Assembly: GCA_947246685.1 (NCBI GenBank)
Contig: CAMXSN010000001.1
Coordinates: forward strand, 49,837-113,836
Reading direction: 5' to 3'
DNA: 64,000 nucleotides
DNA from: an uncultured Clostridia bacterium
GTDB lineage: Bacteria > Bacillota > Clostridia > Christensenellales > UBA3700
Part shown: in pieces, positions 40,928 through 50,818 of the stretch
Position numbering within the stretch: position 1 is the first letter of the stretch
Layout of the letters: each line of letters starts with the position of its first letter
The notes under the pieces: generated by a model
The model's database searches: none
Seen by the model: only the letters and a program-made list of their open reading frames with translations
What the model was told of the DNA's origin: nothing
Position numbers and translations under genes: made by a program

Positions 40928-42172
40928 ATGAAGATATCAGTATACAATCTTGGGTGTAAAGTTAATAAGTACGAATGCGACAGCTTGCTGAAAAGTCTCA
41001 AAGACAGAGGTTACGAGGTAAGCGAGGAATTGATTTATGCCGACTTGTATATTCTCAATACTTGCGCGGTGACCAACGAGGCAGAGCGGAAATCGCGTCA
41101 GTGCGTGAGCAGATGTCTAAGATTGAATCCCGATGCCAAGATAGTCGTTTGCGGCTGCGCGTCGCAAAACAATCCGATGCAATTTGCAAATAAACGCAAC
41201 GTCACCTACGTCATAGGCACGGCGGATAAGGACAAACTTATCGACGCTCTTCTCGCTCAAGGCGTATTGGTTTCGCCGTTACCGTCTGAATACGAAGACG
41301 CTTTTTCTCCCGAGATAGTAAGGACGCGCGCTTACGTAAAGATTCAGGACGGATGCGATAATTATTGCAGTTACTGCCTTATACCTTACGTCAGAGGCAG
41401 GAGCAGATCGAGAAAGGTCGACAGCATTGTCAAGGAATGCGAGAGGCTGTCGGCGCAATGCAAGGAACTGACGTTGACGGGTATAGATATCTCTTCGTTC
41501 GGCAAGAATATTTCGTCGTCGCTTTCCGAACTTATATCGCGGCTTTCGCATATCGATTGCAGAGTTAGATTGGGATCTTTGGAGGTCAACGTAATAGACG
41601 AGAATTTGCTTAACGAGCTTAGAAATTTGAAAGCGTTTTGTCCGCAATTCCATTTGTCTTTGCAGAGCGGAGAGGACAGTGTGCTCAAAAAAATGAATAG
41701 GCACTATACTGTCGCAGAATACAGAGCCAAGGTGGATATGATAAGGTCGTATTTTCCCGACGCTGCGATTACCACGGATCTTATCTGCGGATTTCCCTGC
41801 GAGAGCGAAGAAAATTTTGCATCGACGTTGAGATTTATCGAAGAAATCGGCTTTGCCCAAGTACACGTTTTCGGATATTCCCGCCGCAACGGAACGGTTG
41901 CCGCAAGATATGCTCAGTTGCCACCCGACGTCGTCAAAGACCGATGCGCACGGGCGGCGGCAGTTGCCGATAAATGCAAGGAGAATTATCTGAGAAAGTT
42001 TGTCGGAAGAGTGGTGGAACTTCTTACCGAGGACGCGGAGAACGGATATATGAGCGGTTATACGAGAGAGTACGTCAAGACTTACGTCGACGGTGGAGTC
42101 GGCGACGCACTCTACGAGGTGGCTATTCGAAGAATCGAGGACGGCGCGGCTTACGGAGAAATCATCGGATAA
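40928..42172 (+). CDS. mtaB: tRNA t6A37 methylthiotransferase (radical SAM)
   Basis: LGCKVNKYE, NTCAVT, KIQDGCDNYCSYC; synteny prmA-rsmE-mtaB. Confidence 0.93.
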   Translation: MKISVYNLGCKVNKYECDSLLKSLKDRGYEVSEELIYADLYILNTCAVTNEAERKSRQCVSRCLRLNPDAKIVVCGCASQNNPMQFANKRNVTYVIGTADKDKLIDALLAQGVLVSPLPSEYEDAFSPEIVRTRAYVKIQDGCDNYCSYCLIPYVRGRSRSRKVDSIVKECERLSAQCKELTLTGIDISSFGKNISSSLSELISRLSHIDCRVRLGSLEVNVIDENLLNELRNLKAFCPQFHLSLQSGEDSVLKKMNRHYTVAEYRAKVDMIRSYFPDAAITTDLICGFPCESEENFASTLRFIEEIGFAQVHVFGYSRRNGTVAARYAQLPPDVVKDRCARAAAVADKCKENYLRKFVGRVVELLTEDAENGYMSGYTREYVKTYVDGGVGDALYEVAIRRIEDGAAYGEIIG

Positions 42173-42300
42173 TCCGTGTCTGGGATATATAAAACGACGC
42201 GGCGTTATTAGTAACTGTCGCGTGCGCTTAATCGGAAAAGCCGAGGCGCGCTCGCGCTAAGGCATGAAATCAGTTAACGTTTGACAATAAGGAGAGCATT

Positions 42301-42699
42301 ATGGATTGTATTTTCTGCAAAATTATCAGCGGCGAAATTCCGTCATACAAGATATACGAGGACGATATGGTATATGCGTTTCTCGACATTGCTTGCGACA
42401 GTTACGGGCATACGCTCGTAATCCCCAAGAAACACTGCGTAAACGCGCTCGATTGCGACGACGAGTATCTTGCGGCGTGTATTTCCGCTGTCAAGAAAAT
42501 AGGGAATCATTATGTTGAAGATTGCGGATTTGACGGAATAAATATACTTAATGCAAGCGGAGAAAGCGCGCAGCAGAGCGTATTCCATCTGCATTTTCAT
42601 ATAATTCCCAGAAAAGCCGACGACGGAATCGATATTTGGGCGCTTAAAGATAACAAAGATTTGGATCTTGCCGATATATGCGCCAAATTAAAGCTGTAA
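42301..42699 (+). CDS. HIT family nucleotide hydrolase
   Basis: CIFCKI, GHTLVIPK, HLHFHII. Confidence 0.95.
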   Translation: MDCIFCKIISGEIPSYKIYEDDMVYAFLDIACDSYGHTLVIPKKHCVNALDCDDEYLAACISAVKKIGNHYVEDCGFDGINILNASGESAQQSVFHLHFHIIPRKADDGIDIWALKDNKDLDLADICAKLKL

Positions 42700-42831
42700 T
42701 ATCTTTCTAAACATTTATTCAAAAAACATTAAAAAATCTCGTCGTCAACGTTGATTTTCTGTTGACAAGATTTGGATATTATGCAATAATATTTGAGTAA
42801 TTAAGCCGCGATAGGGAAAGGAGGCGATAAT

Positions 42832-43011
42832 ATGTCAACAGTTAAAGTAGGAGAGAACGAATCTTTGGACAGCGCAATCAGAAGATTTAAGCGCAAATGT
42901 GCAAGAGACGGAATTATCGGCGACTTGCGTAAAAGAGAGGCTTATGAAAAACCGAGCGTAAAGCGTAAGAAAAAGGCGGAAGCAGCTCGTAAGCGTATGT
43001 ACAAGAACTGA
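42832..43011 (+). CDS. rpsU: 30S ribosomal protein S21 (absent from the ORF track, 59 aa)
   Basis: [23 protein letters not shown]...[14 protein letters not shown]; SD AAGGAGG. Confidence 0.97.
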   Translation: MSTVKVGENESLDSAIRRFKRKCARDGIIGDLRKREAYEKPSVKRKKKAEAARKRMYKN

Positions 43012-43027
43012 TTTGTTTTGGTAAATT

Positions 43028-43052
43028 AAAGAGAGGCGCAGCCTCTCTTTTT
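43028..43052 (+). terminator. Intrinsic terminator after rpsU
   Basis: AAAGAGAGGC-GCA-GCCTCTCTTTTT. Confidence 0.85.
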
Positions 43053-43200
43053 CTATACTCGTTTTTTGCGGACGAAAGCATTTATTATGCCGAGTTGATT
43101 TCAAAAAGGTTGAGTTTTTTTGTTTTTTATTATAGAATATATATAATGCGTACGCGTATGCACTTCGCGCATATTCTAATCAAACTGTCGGAAGAATAAT

Positions 43201-45447
43201 ATGGATTACAAATCTTTACTCAACTCATCTCAGATATTGCCTGTCGAAGATACCCAAGGAGCAGTCTTGGTTTTGGCAGGCGCGGGAAGCGGTAAGACGC
43301 GCGTGCTTACCTATCGTATCGCTCACCTTATCGAGAAGAACGGCGTAGACCCGAGAAATATTCTCGCTATCACGTTTACGAATAAAGCGGCGGGAGAAAT
43401 GAGAGAGCGTATTCTCGACGTTACGGGAAGAAGCGGAATGCTGATCTCCACGTTTCACTCGCTATGCGCTAAGATACTTCGCAACGACATCTCCAAACTC
43501 GGCGACTTTACGTCCAATTTTTCTATTTACGACGACGAAGACAGCAAGAAAGTAATAGCAAGGATACTCAAAGCAAAAGAAATCGACGATAATAAGGAAT
43601 ATAAGAAGCTTATACGGTGGCATATTTCCAATGCCAAAAACAATGCTATGGGCGCTAAGGAATATGCAGTCAGGCTCAAAGGAGAACCTGAAGGGGAGCT
43701 TATAGCGGACGTATATTCGAGATATGAGAAAGAATTGAGAGAGAACAACGCGTTGGATTTTGACGACCTTCTTTACAAGACGCTTTTGCTGTTTGCGACC
43801 AACAAGGACGTCTTGGACAAATATCAGGAAAGATTTCAATATATCCACGTCGACGAATTCCAAGACACCAATAAGATACAGTACACTTTGGTGAGAATGC
43901 TTGCCAACAAATACGGCAACATATTTGTCGTGGGCGACGACGATCAAAGCATATACGGCTGGCGTTGGGCAGACTCGTCTAATATCAGTAAATTTTCACA
44001 GCATTTTCCCGATTGCAGGATATACAAACTCGAGCAGAACTATCGTAGTACAAAGCGTATTCTCGACGTTGCCAACAAGATCATCGCCAACAATTCTCAG
44101 CGTATGGACAAGACGCTTTGGACGCAAGGCGACGAAGGAGTTAAGGTCGTATATAAGAGCTGTTACGACGAAAAATACGAGGCGGATTACGTGCTCGAAC
44201 AGATTTGCAATCTTATAAAATACAACGATTACGAATATAAGGATTTTGCGATATTGGTCAGAGCCAGCGCATTGACCAGGTCGTTTGAAGAAAAACTCGC
44301 GCTGTATAATTATCCGTACAAAATCATCGGAGGCAACAAGTTTTTTGAGAGAAAAGAAGTCAAGGACTTTTTGGCATATCTCAAATTTATCGCAAATCCC
44401 AACGACAGCGAGAGTATACTGCGCGTTATCAACGTGCCAAAAAGAGGTATCGGAGAAAGCGCGGTGCAGAAGCTGATCGAAGCCTGCGCCGAGAGCAGGG
44501 TATCTCTCATGCAAGGCATATTGAATATAGAGGATATGCCGTTGACTAGCGTCGTCAAGAATAAGATCAAAGCCTTTTCCAACGTCGTTTTTGCGCTTAA
44601 AGAAAAGTCCGGTATGCCGCTTTCGGATTATATCGATTACGTCAATACTCTTGTGGATTTTGCTTCGCAGTACAATCCAAAAGACGAAGAAGACAAAAAC
44701 AGATTGGACAATATCGACGACTATATCACTTCCGTCAAGGAATATTGCAAAGACAACTCCGACAGCAGTCTCGACGAATATTTGCAGTCCGTATCGCTTG
44801 TTACCGACACGGATCAGCCTATAGATAATTGTATTACGCTCGCCACCGTGCACGGCGTTAAGGGGCTTGAATATAAGTGCTGTTTTATAGTGGGATTGGA
44901 AGAGGGCTTGTTCCCTAGCATAAGAGACGGAGACGACAACGTTCAGGAAGAGCGGCGAATTATGTACGTTGCTGTGACGAGAGCGAGAGAAAGGCTGTAT
45001 CTTACCAATGCGCAGTCGCGTTACAGATACGGTAGGAGAGAATACGGTATGGCGTCGAGATTTCTCAAAGAGGGAGGATTTATCGTCGAACCGGAGCGGA
45101 AACAGCAGGCGAGCATAGGCAGTATTCTCGGCGAACTCAACGGCAATTTTTCCGAATACAGAGAGGTTGAGAGCAAGAGCGCGGGCGAAAGATACGACAG
45201 AATGCGGGATATGAAAAACCTGATGAAGAGCTACGTCAAGACGCCTGCGTTTGCAAAAAGCGCGCCGCAAGCCGCGCCGCAGTCCAAGGACGTGTCGATA
45301 TTCAAAGTGGGAATGAACGTTGAGCATACGCGTTTTGGCAAAGGTAAGATAATAGCCATTACCGGAGAAAACGCAAAGATAGAATTTTCCGTGCTCGGCG
45401 TCAAGACTTTCAATATGAGACTTGCCCCGATAAAGCCTACGGAATAA
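43201..45447 (+). CDS. pcrA: ATP-dependent DNA helicase PcrA/UvrD
   Basis: AGAGSGKT, TFTNKAA, DEFQDTN, VGDDDQSIYGWR, YVAVTRA, Tudor-like C-terminus. Confidence 0.95.
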   Translation: MDYKSLLNSSQILPVEDTQGAVLVLAGAGSGKTRVLTYRIAHLIEKNGVDPRNILAITFTNKAAGEMRERILDVTGRSGMLISTFHSLCAKILRNDISKLGDFTSNFSIYDDEDSKKVIARILKAKEIDDNKEYKKLIRWHISNAKNNAMGAKEYAVRLKGEPEGELIADVYSRYEKELRENNALDFDDLLYKTLLLFATNKDVLDKYQERFQYIHVDEFQDTNKIQYTLVRMLANKYGNIFVVGDDDQSIYGWRWADSSNISKFSQHFPDCRIYKLEQNYRSTKRILDVANKIIANNSQRMDKTLWTQGDEGVKVVYKSCYDEKYEADYVLEQICNLIKYNDYEYKDFAILVRASALTRSFEEKLALYNYPYKIIGGNKFFERKEVKDFLAYLKFIANPNDSESILRVINVPKRGIGESAVQKLIEACAESRVSLMQGILNIEDMPLTSVVKNKIKAFSNVVFALKEKSGMPLSDYIDYVNTLVDFASQYNPKDEEDKNRLDNIDDYITSVKEYCKDNSDSSLDEYLQSVSLVTDTDQPIDNCITLATVHGVKGLEYKCCFIVGLEEGLFPSIRDGDDNVQEERRIMYVAVTRARERLYLTNAQSRYRYGRREYGMASRFLKEGGFIVEPERKQQASIGSILGELNGNFSEYREVESKSAGERYDRMRDMKNLMKSYVKTPAFAKSAPQAAPQSKDVSIFKVGMNVEHTRFGKGKIIAITGENAKIEFSVLGVKTFNMRLAPIKPTE

Positions 45448-45614
45448 TTAATTGCAAAAGGAAATAATTAAGTTATAATCTGCGGGAAATCCTTGGCTTA
45501 TCGGTTAGTCGGGCATAGAGTTGTTTCTGCGCCGTACGAGAGGCGTTTGAAAGCAGGAGACGGCGCCGAGCCTATCGTGGCGAAAACCGTTGAATAAAAA
45601 TTAATTCGGAGAAG

Positions 45615-47570
45615 ATGATGGAAGCAAAAGAGAGAATGGAGCGGCTTGTGGAGACGCTCAACGAATACTCTTATCAGTATTATACTTTGGACAATCCTAC
45701 CGTTGCCGACGCGGAATACGACAAAATTTACGACGAGCTTGTCGCTTTGGAAAAATCGCTTGGTTATACGCTCGACAACTCTCCTACGAAAAGAGTGGGC
45801 GACGTCGTGCTCAAAGGGTTCAACAGCGTCAGGCATTTGGGCAGACTGTATTCTCTGGATAAATGCCAGACGAAAGAATCTTTGTCTGCATGGCTTGATA
45901 AACTCGTCAAGTTTTGCGGCTATATGCCGAAATGTTCTCTTGAATATAAATTCGACGGGCTTACGATCAATCTCGTCTACAACGACGGTATATTGCAAAG
46001 GGCGTCTACGCGAGGCAACGGTCTAGAGGGCGAAGACGTTACTCAACAGGTCAAAACCATCAAATGCGTGCCGTTGAAGATAGATTACAAGGGATTGTTG
46101 GAAGTGCAGGGCGAGGGTATAATGCGTCTTTCCGCTCTTGTGGAGTATAATTCCAGAGAGGGAGTTACTCCTCTTAAAAACGCGAGAAACGCTGTTGCCG
46201 GCGCGATAAGAAATCTCGATACCAAGGTCACTGCGTCGAGAAAACTTGAGGTAATCTGCTACAACGTCAATTATGTCGAGAGAGAATTTGCCAAAGGCTG
46301 CGAAATGATTGAATTTCTCAGATCCAACAAATTTAAAGTCAGCGACGAATTTGAATTATTCGACGAAAAAGCTGCTCTTATCGGCGCTTTGGACGGCATA
46401 CAGAAAAGCAGAGACGAACTTGATTTTCTCATAGACGGAGCCGTAATAAAAGTCGACGATACGTCCATACGCGAGGATTTGGGGTATACCGAAAAGTTCC
46501 CCAAATGGGCGGTAGCTTATAAATTTCCCGCGCAGGAAACCACCACGACTGTCAAAGACGTCATATGGCAGGTGTCTCGCACGGGCAAGTTAAATCCGCT
46601 CGCGTTGGTAGAGCCTGTCGACCTTGCGGGAGTGACGGTATCGCGAGCGACGCTGTCCAATATCAGCGAGATAAGGAGAAAAGATATCCGCATAGGCAGC
46701 CGCGTTTTTATACGCAGAAGCAACGACGTTATACCCGAGATAACCGGTATTGCGCAGCATACCGAAGAATCCAGGCAAGTCGAACAGCCCAGGTTTTGTC
46801 CCGCTTGCGGCGCTCCCGTGACTGAAGAGGGCGTATTTTTGAAATGCAGCAACGCAAAGAACTGCGCTCCTGCAATCATATCCGCAATGACTCACTTCTC
46901 ATCACGCGATGCTATGGATATCGACGGACTGTCGGAAAAGACGCTCGAGACTCTGTACAACGAAGGAAAGCTCAATCACTTTGTTGATATATATAAATTG
47001 CAAGCGGCCGATTTTGAAGGAATCGAGGGTTTCGGCGATAAAAAGATAGGAAATATTATCGGCGCGATAGAAAAAAGCAAAGACACAACTTTGGATAGGT
47101 TCATATATGCGTTGGGCATTCCCAATATAGGCAAAAAGGCGGCAAAACAGCTTGCGGATGAGTTCAAGACGCTAGAATCGGTAAGAAACGCAACGTATTT
47201 CGACTTGAAAGCGCTTGATGATTTCGGAGACATAATGGCAAACGGACTGCTAGATTATTGGGCGGACGGTAAGCATGGCGAAGAGGTGGACGAACTGTTG
47301 TCAAACGGCGTCAGAATTGCCGAGAAATCTACGATTGCGGGCGCATTGAGCGGCAAGAAAATCGTGCTGACAGGCGCGTTGCCCACTCTTAAGCGATCCA
47401 AGGCGAAAGAGCTTATCGAGCAAAACGGAGGAGAGGTTGCGGATTCGGTATCTAAGTCCGTCAACCTTGTCGTGGCAGGCGAGGACGCGGGCAGTAAATT
47501 GGCAAAAGCTCAAAAGTTGGGTATAGAGATAATAGACGAAGCTCAACTTTTGGTTCTGATAGGAGATTAA
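45615..47570 (+). CDS. ligA: NAD-dependent DNA ligase
   Basis: KFDG adenylation motif, TRGNG..GEDVT, CPAC zinc finger, BRCT GSKL.KA. Confidence 0.97.
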   Translation: MMEAKERMERLVETLNEYSYQYYTLDNPTVADAEYDKIYDELVALEKSLGYTLDNSPTKRVGDVVLKGFNSVRHLGRLYSLDKCQTKESLSAWLDKLVKFCGYMPKCSLEYKFDGLTINLVYNDGILQRASTRGNGLEGEDVTQQVKTIKCVPLKIDYKGLLEVQGEGIMRLSALVEYNSREGVTPLKNARNAVAGAIRNLDTKVTASRKLEVICYNVNYVEREFAKGCEMIEFLRSNKFKVSDEFELFDEKAALIGALDGIQKSRDELDFLIDGAVIKVDDTSIREDLGYTEKFPKWAVAYKFPAQETTTTVKDVIWQVSRTGKLNPLALVEPVDLAGVTVSRATLSNISEIRRKDIRIGSRVFIRRSNDVIPEITGIAQHTEESRQVEQPRFCPACGAPVTEEGVFLKCSNAKNCAPAIISAMTHFSSRDAMDIDGLSEKTLETLYNEGKLNHFVDIYKLQAADFEGIEGFGDKKIGNIIGAIEKSKDTTLDRFIYALGIPNIGKKAAKQLADEFKTLESVRNATYFDLKALDDFGDIMANGLLDYWADGKHGEEVDELLSNGVRIAEKSTIAGALSGKKIVLTGALPTLKRSKAKELIEQNGGEVADSVSKSVNLVVAGEDAGSKLAKAQKLGIEIIDEAQLLVLIGD

Positions 47571-47845
47571 GACGTCTCAAAAAATTTTCAATATATTAAT
47601 ATTTTATAATTGACTTTAATCTTTAAACGTTGAAGTTTTAATATATATCACTTTTATGCGTTTAAGCGAGAAACGCTGACGGCAGTATTCGCGGCGATAT
47701 GATTTCGTCGGACGTATAAGCGATTTGCCGAGATTGAGAAAAAACTCCTCGCGCACACATAAATATTATTATTTACTTGAAAATATTATAGATTTGTGCT
47801 ATTATTAAAGCATTCCATTCAAGAAGAGGTTATATCGAAGCTACT

Positions 47846-48772
47846 ATGTCAAAGATTATAAGCGTCGGAGGCAAAGATTACGAGATAAAAAACGCTGTGT
47901 ACAGCATGACCGGTTACGGCAAGGGTACGGCAGAGAAAGACGGGCTGAAAATGAGCGTGGAGTTAAAGGCGGTAAATCATAGATTTTTGGATTTGTCGTT
48001 GAAGTCTCCCAAGGCGTTGGCTTTTGCCGACGATATGTTGAGAAAACTTATTCAGGCTAATATATCGCGCGGTCATATTGACGTTTACGTCGGTTTTGAA
48101 GACGGCAGACAGAACGGCGGAGAACTTTCTATAGATTATTCTCTTGCTGGAGAATACGTCAAAGCCGCAAACGAACTCAGCCTAAGATTCGGCGTGCAGA
48201 ATAATCTTTATGCCAACGAGATATTGCGTATACCCGACGTGGTCAAGACTGCGGAGAACGAGAATGACGAAAATTTACTGACGGAACTTCTCAAAAGCGC
48301 GGCTTTGCAGGCGATATCGCAAATCAACGCAATGAAAGAAAGAGAAGGAATGGCTTTGGTCGAAGACTTGCTTTCAAAGGTCGACAACGTTGAGAGCGAA
48401 TTGCCGAAAATTCAGCGTCTTGCTCCGATTGCTCTCAACGATTATAGGTCAAAACTTAGGGAAAGGATTACCGATTTTCTCAAAGAGACGCCAATCGACG
48501 AAGTCAAGATTATCAATGAGGTTGCCTTTTACAGCGACAGAGTATGTATGGACGAGGAAATCACGAGGCTATATACCCACGTTTCGCATTTCCGATCGAT
48601 AATATGCGAGGGCGGCGCGGTAGGAAAGAGACTGGATTTTATCGTTCAGGAAATGAATCGCGAGAGCAATACTATCGGCAGTAAGTGCAACGACGCAGAG
48701 ATAGCTAAGAGTGTAGTTTTTCTCAAGAGCGAGATAGAGAAAATACGCGAGCAAATTCAAAATTTGGGATAA
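47846..48772 (+). CDS. yloC: YicC/YloC family endoribonuclease
   Basis: SMTGYG, K.VNHRFLD, GKRLDF..QEMNRE.NTIGSK, EKIREQIQN; start uncertain. Confidence 0.93.
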   Translation: MSKIISVGGKDYEIKNAVYSMTGYGKGTAEKDGLKMSVELKAVNHRFLDLSLKSPKALAFADDMLRKLIQANISRGHIDVYVGFEDGRQNGGELSIDYSLAGEYVKAANELSLRFGVQNNLYANEILRIPDVVKTAENENDENLLTELLKSAALQAISQINAMKEREGMALVEDLLSKVDNVESELPKIQRLAPIALNDYRSKLRERITDFLKETPIDEVKIINEVAFYSDRVCMDEEITRLYTHVSHFRSIICEGGAVGKRLDFIVQEMNRESNTIGSKCNDAEIAKSVVFLKSEIEKIREQIQNLG

Positions 48773-48786
48773 ACGGAGGTATGATA

Positions 48787-49410
48787 ATGGAAGAAAAGAA
48801 CGGATTGTTGATCGTTGTTTCCGGACCTTCGGGAGCGGGCAAGGGTACGGTTTTGGCTCATACGATCGCCAATTATTCCAAACTCAGATATTCGATATCC
48901 GTCACGACACGGCAGCCTAGAGGCGGAGAAAAGGATGGAGTTGAATATTATTTCAAGAGCATTGAAGAATTTGAGAAAATGATAGAAAACAACGCCTTTC
49001 TCGAATATCAGCGCGTATACGACAACTATTACGGCACTCCGATAGATAAGGTCAAAGAGCAGCTCGCTCAAGGTTACGACGTCGTATTGGAGATAGACGT
49101 CAAGGGCGCGTTGGAAGTAAAAAACAGATATCGCGAGGCGGTTATGATATTCATTTCCCCGGCTAAAAGAGAGACGATCGCCGAGAGACTGAGAAAGCGT
49201 TCTACAGAGAGCGAAGAGCAGTTGATAATACGTACTAACAGCGCGATAGAAGAAATCAAACAAGCAGTGTTTTACGATTATATAGTCGTCAACGAAGACG
49301 CGCATCAAGGCGCTATGGATATAATATCCATTATCGAGGCGGAAAAGTGCAAAATCAAAAACAACAAAAAATTTATAGACAATCTGATTTACGGAGGTAA
49401 TCAATTATGA
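48787..49410 (+). CDS. gmk: Guanylate kinase
   Basis: SGPSGAGKGT, TTRQPR.GE..GVEYYF, YYGT, LEIDVKGA. Confidence 0.97.
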   Translation: MEEKNGLLIVVSGPSGAGKGTVLAHTIANYSKLRYSISVTTRQPRGGEKDGVEYYFKSIEEFEKMIENNAFLEYQRVYDNYYGTPIDKVKEQLAQGYDVVLEIDVKGALEVKNRYREAVMIFISPAKRETIAERLRKRSTESEEQLIIRTNSAIEEIKQAVFYDYIVVNEDAHQGAMDIISIIEAEKCKIKNNKKFIDNLIYGGNQL

Positions 49411-49607
49411 TGATAGAACCACCTATCGACAAGCTTATCAAAAAGGCAGAGTGCCGCTACGCATTGGTATGCGGAGTTGCAAAGAGAGCTAGACAGCTCG
49501 AGACTCAATATCCCGATTTGTTGGAAGACAGCAAGAAAAAGGCGATCAGCTATGCCGCGCAGGAAATCTACGACGGAAGAATTGTCGTCAAGAGAGACAA
49601 TCAGTAA
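49407..49607 (+). CDS. rpoZ: RNA polymerase omega subunit
   Basis: PPIDKL.....RYALV..VAKRARQL; synteny. Confidence 0.93.
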   Translation: MMIEPPIDKLIKKAECRYALVCGVAKRARQLETQYPDLLEDSKKKAISYAAQEIYDGRIVVKRDNQ

Positions 49608-49636
49608 TACATACAACAGATAGATTACGGCGGAAG

Positions 49637-50818
49637 ATGTTAACGAATTACAACGTTTTATTGGGAATCAGCGGAGGAATAGCCTGCTACAAATCCTGCG
49701 AGATAGTGTCCAGACTCAAAAAACTCGGCGCGGGCGTCGACGTCATAATGACGAAAAACGCAACCGAGTTTGTCTCGCCGTTGACTTTTGAGACGTTGTC
49801 CGCAAGACCTGTTGTCAGCGATATGTTTGATCGGGAAAGGGAGTGGGAAGTCGAGCATATAGCGCTTGCCAAAAAAGCAGATATATGTATCATAGCTCCC
49901 GCTACGGCAAACGTTATAGCCAAATTTGCGGACGGAATCGCCGACGATATGCTCACCACGACGTATCTTGCGCTCAAATGTCCGATAATAATCGCTCCGG
50001 CAATGAATACCAATATGTATGAAAACGTTGCCGTCAGAGAAAATCTTGACAAGCTTCGGGCGCGCGGAGTGACGGTTGTCGACTGCGCAGAGGGTAGATT
50101 GGCTTGCGGCGACAGCGGCAAAGGTAAGATGGCGGAACCTGTAGATATAGTAGGTAAAGTTGCCGAGATTCTATGTCCCAAGAGAGATTACGAGGGAAAG
50201 AGAGTTCTCGTTACCGCAGGCGCGACAAGAGAAAATATAGACGGCGTAAGATTTATTACCAACCGATCATCCGGAAAAATGGGGGTAGAAATCGCCAAAG
50301 CCGTGGTAAAGAGAGGCGGCGAGGCGGTGCTGATTAAGGGATTGACTCAGATTGATATCCCTTCGTATATTACGAAAGTCGTCGAAGTGACTTCAACTAG
50401 GCAGATGTACGATGCGGTTATGGAAAATTACGTCGATTGCGACGTGATAATCAAGGCTGCGGCTCCGAGCGATTACAGACCTGCAACCGAGATTAAAAGC
50501 AAGCTCAAAGGCAAACGCATAACTTTAGATTTGGTCAAAAATCCCGACATAGCTAAGGCTGTCGGAGAAGTTAAGGGCGATAGAAAACTTGTAATTTTTT
50601 GCGCAGAGACGGACAGTCTTATCGAAAGCGCAAAAGGTAAGTTGATCGGCAAAAACGCCGACGTGGTCGTTGCCAACGACGTCACGCAGAAAGGCGCCGG
50701 TTTTGACTCAGATACCAATATAGTTACGATTTTGACGAGAGATAACCGAACGGTATCCTATCCGATAATGAGCAAGAGCGAGGTCGCTCACGTTATACTC
50801 GACGAGGCGCTCAAATGA
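49637..50818 (+). CDS. coaBC: Phosphopantothenoylcysteine decarboxylase / phosphopantothenate--cysteine ligase
   Basis: GISGGIACYK, APATAN, PAMNTNM, LACGD.G.G, TNRSSGKMG. Confidence 0.97.
   Translation: MLTNYNVLLGISGGIACYKSCEIVSRLKKLGAGVDVIMTKNATEFVSPLTFETLSARPVVSDMFDREREWEVEHIALAKKADICIIAPATANVIAKFADGIADDMLTTTYLALKCPIIIAPAMNTNMYENVAVRENLDKLRARGVTVVDCAEGRLACGDSGKGKMAEPVDIVGKVAEILCPKRDYEGKRVLVTAGATRENIDGVRFITNRSSGKMGVEIAKAVVKRGGEAVLIKGLTQIDIPSYITKVVEVTSTRQMYDAVMENYVDCDVIIKAAAPSDYRPATEIKSKLKGKRITLDLVKNPDIAKAVGEVKGDRKLVIFCAETDSLIESAKGKLIGKNADVVVANDVTQKGAGFDSDTNIVTILTRDNRTVSYPIMSKSEVAHVILDEALK

Noticed and set aside
43996-45327. 443-aa minus-strand ORF
   Set aside because: Antisense shadow of pcrA
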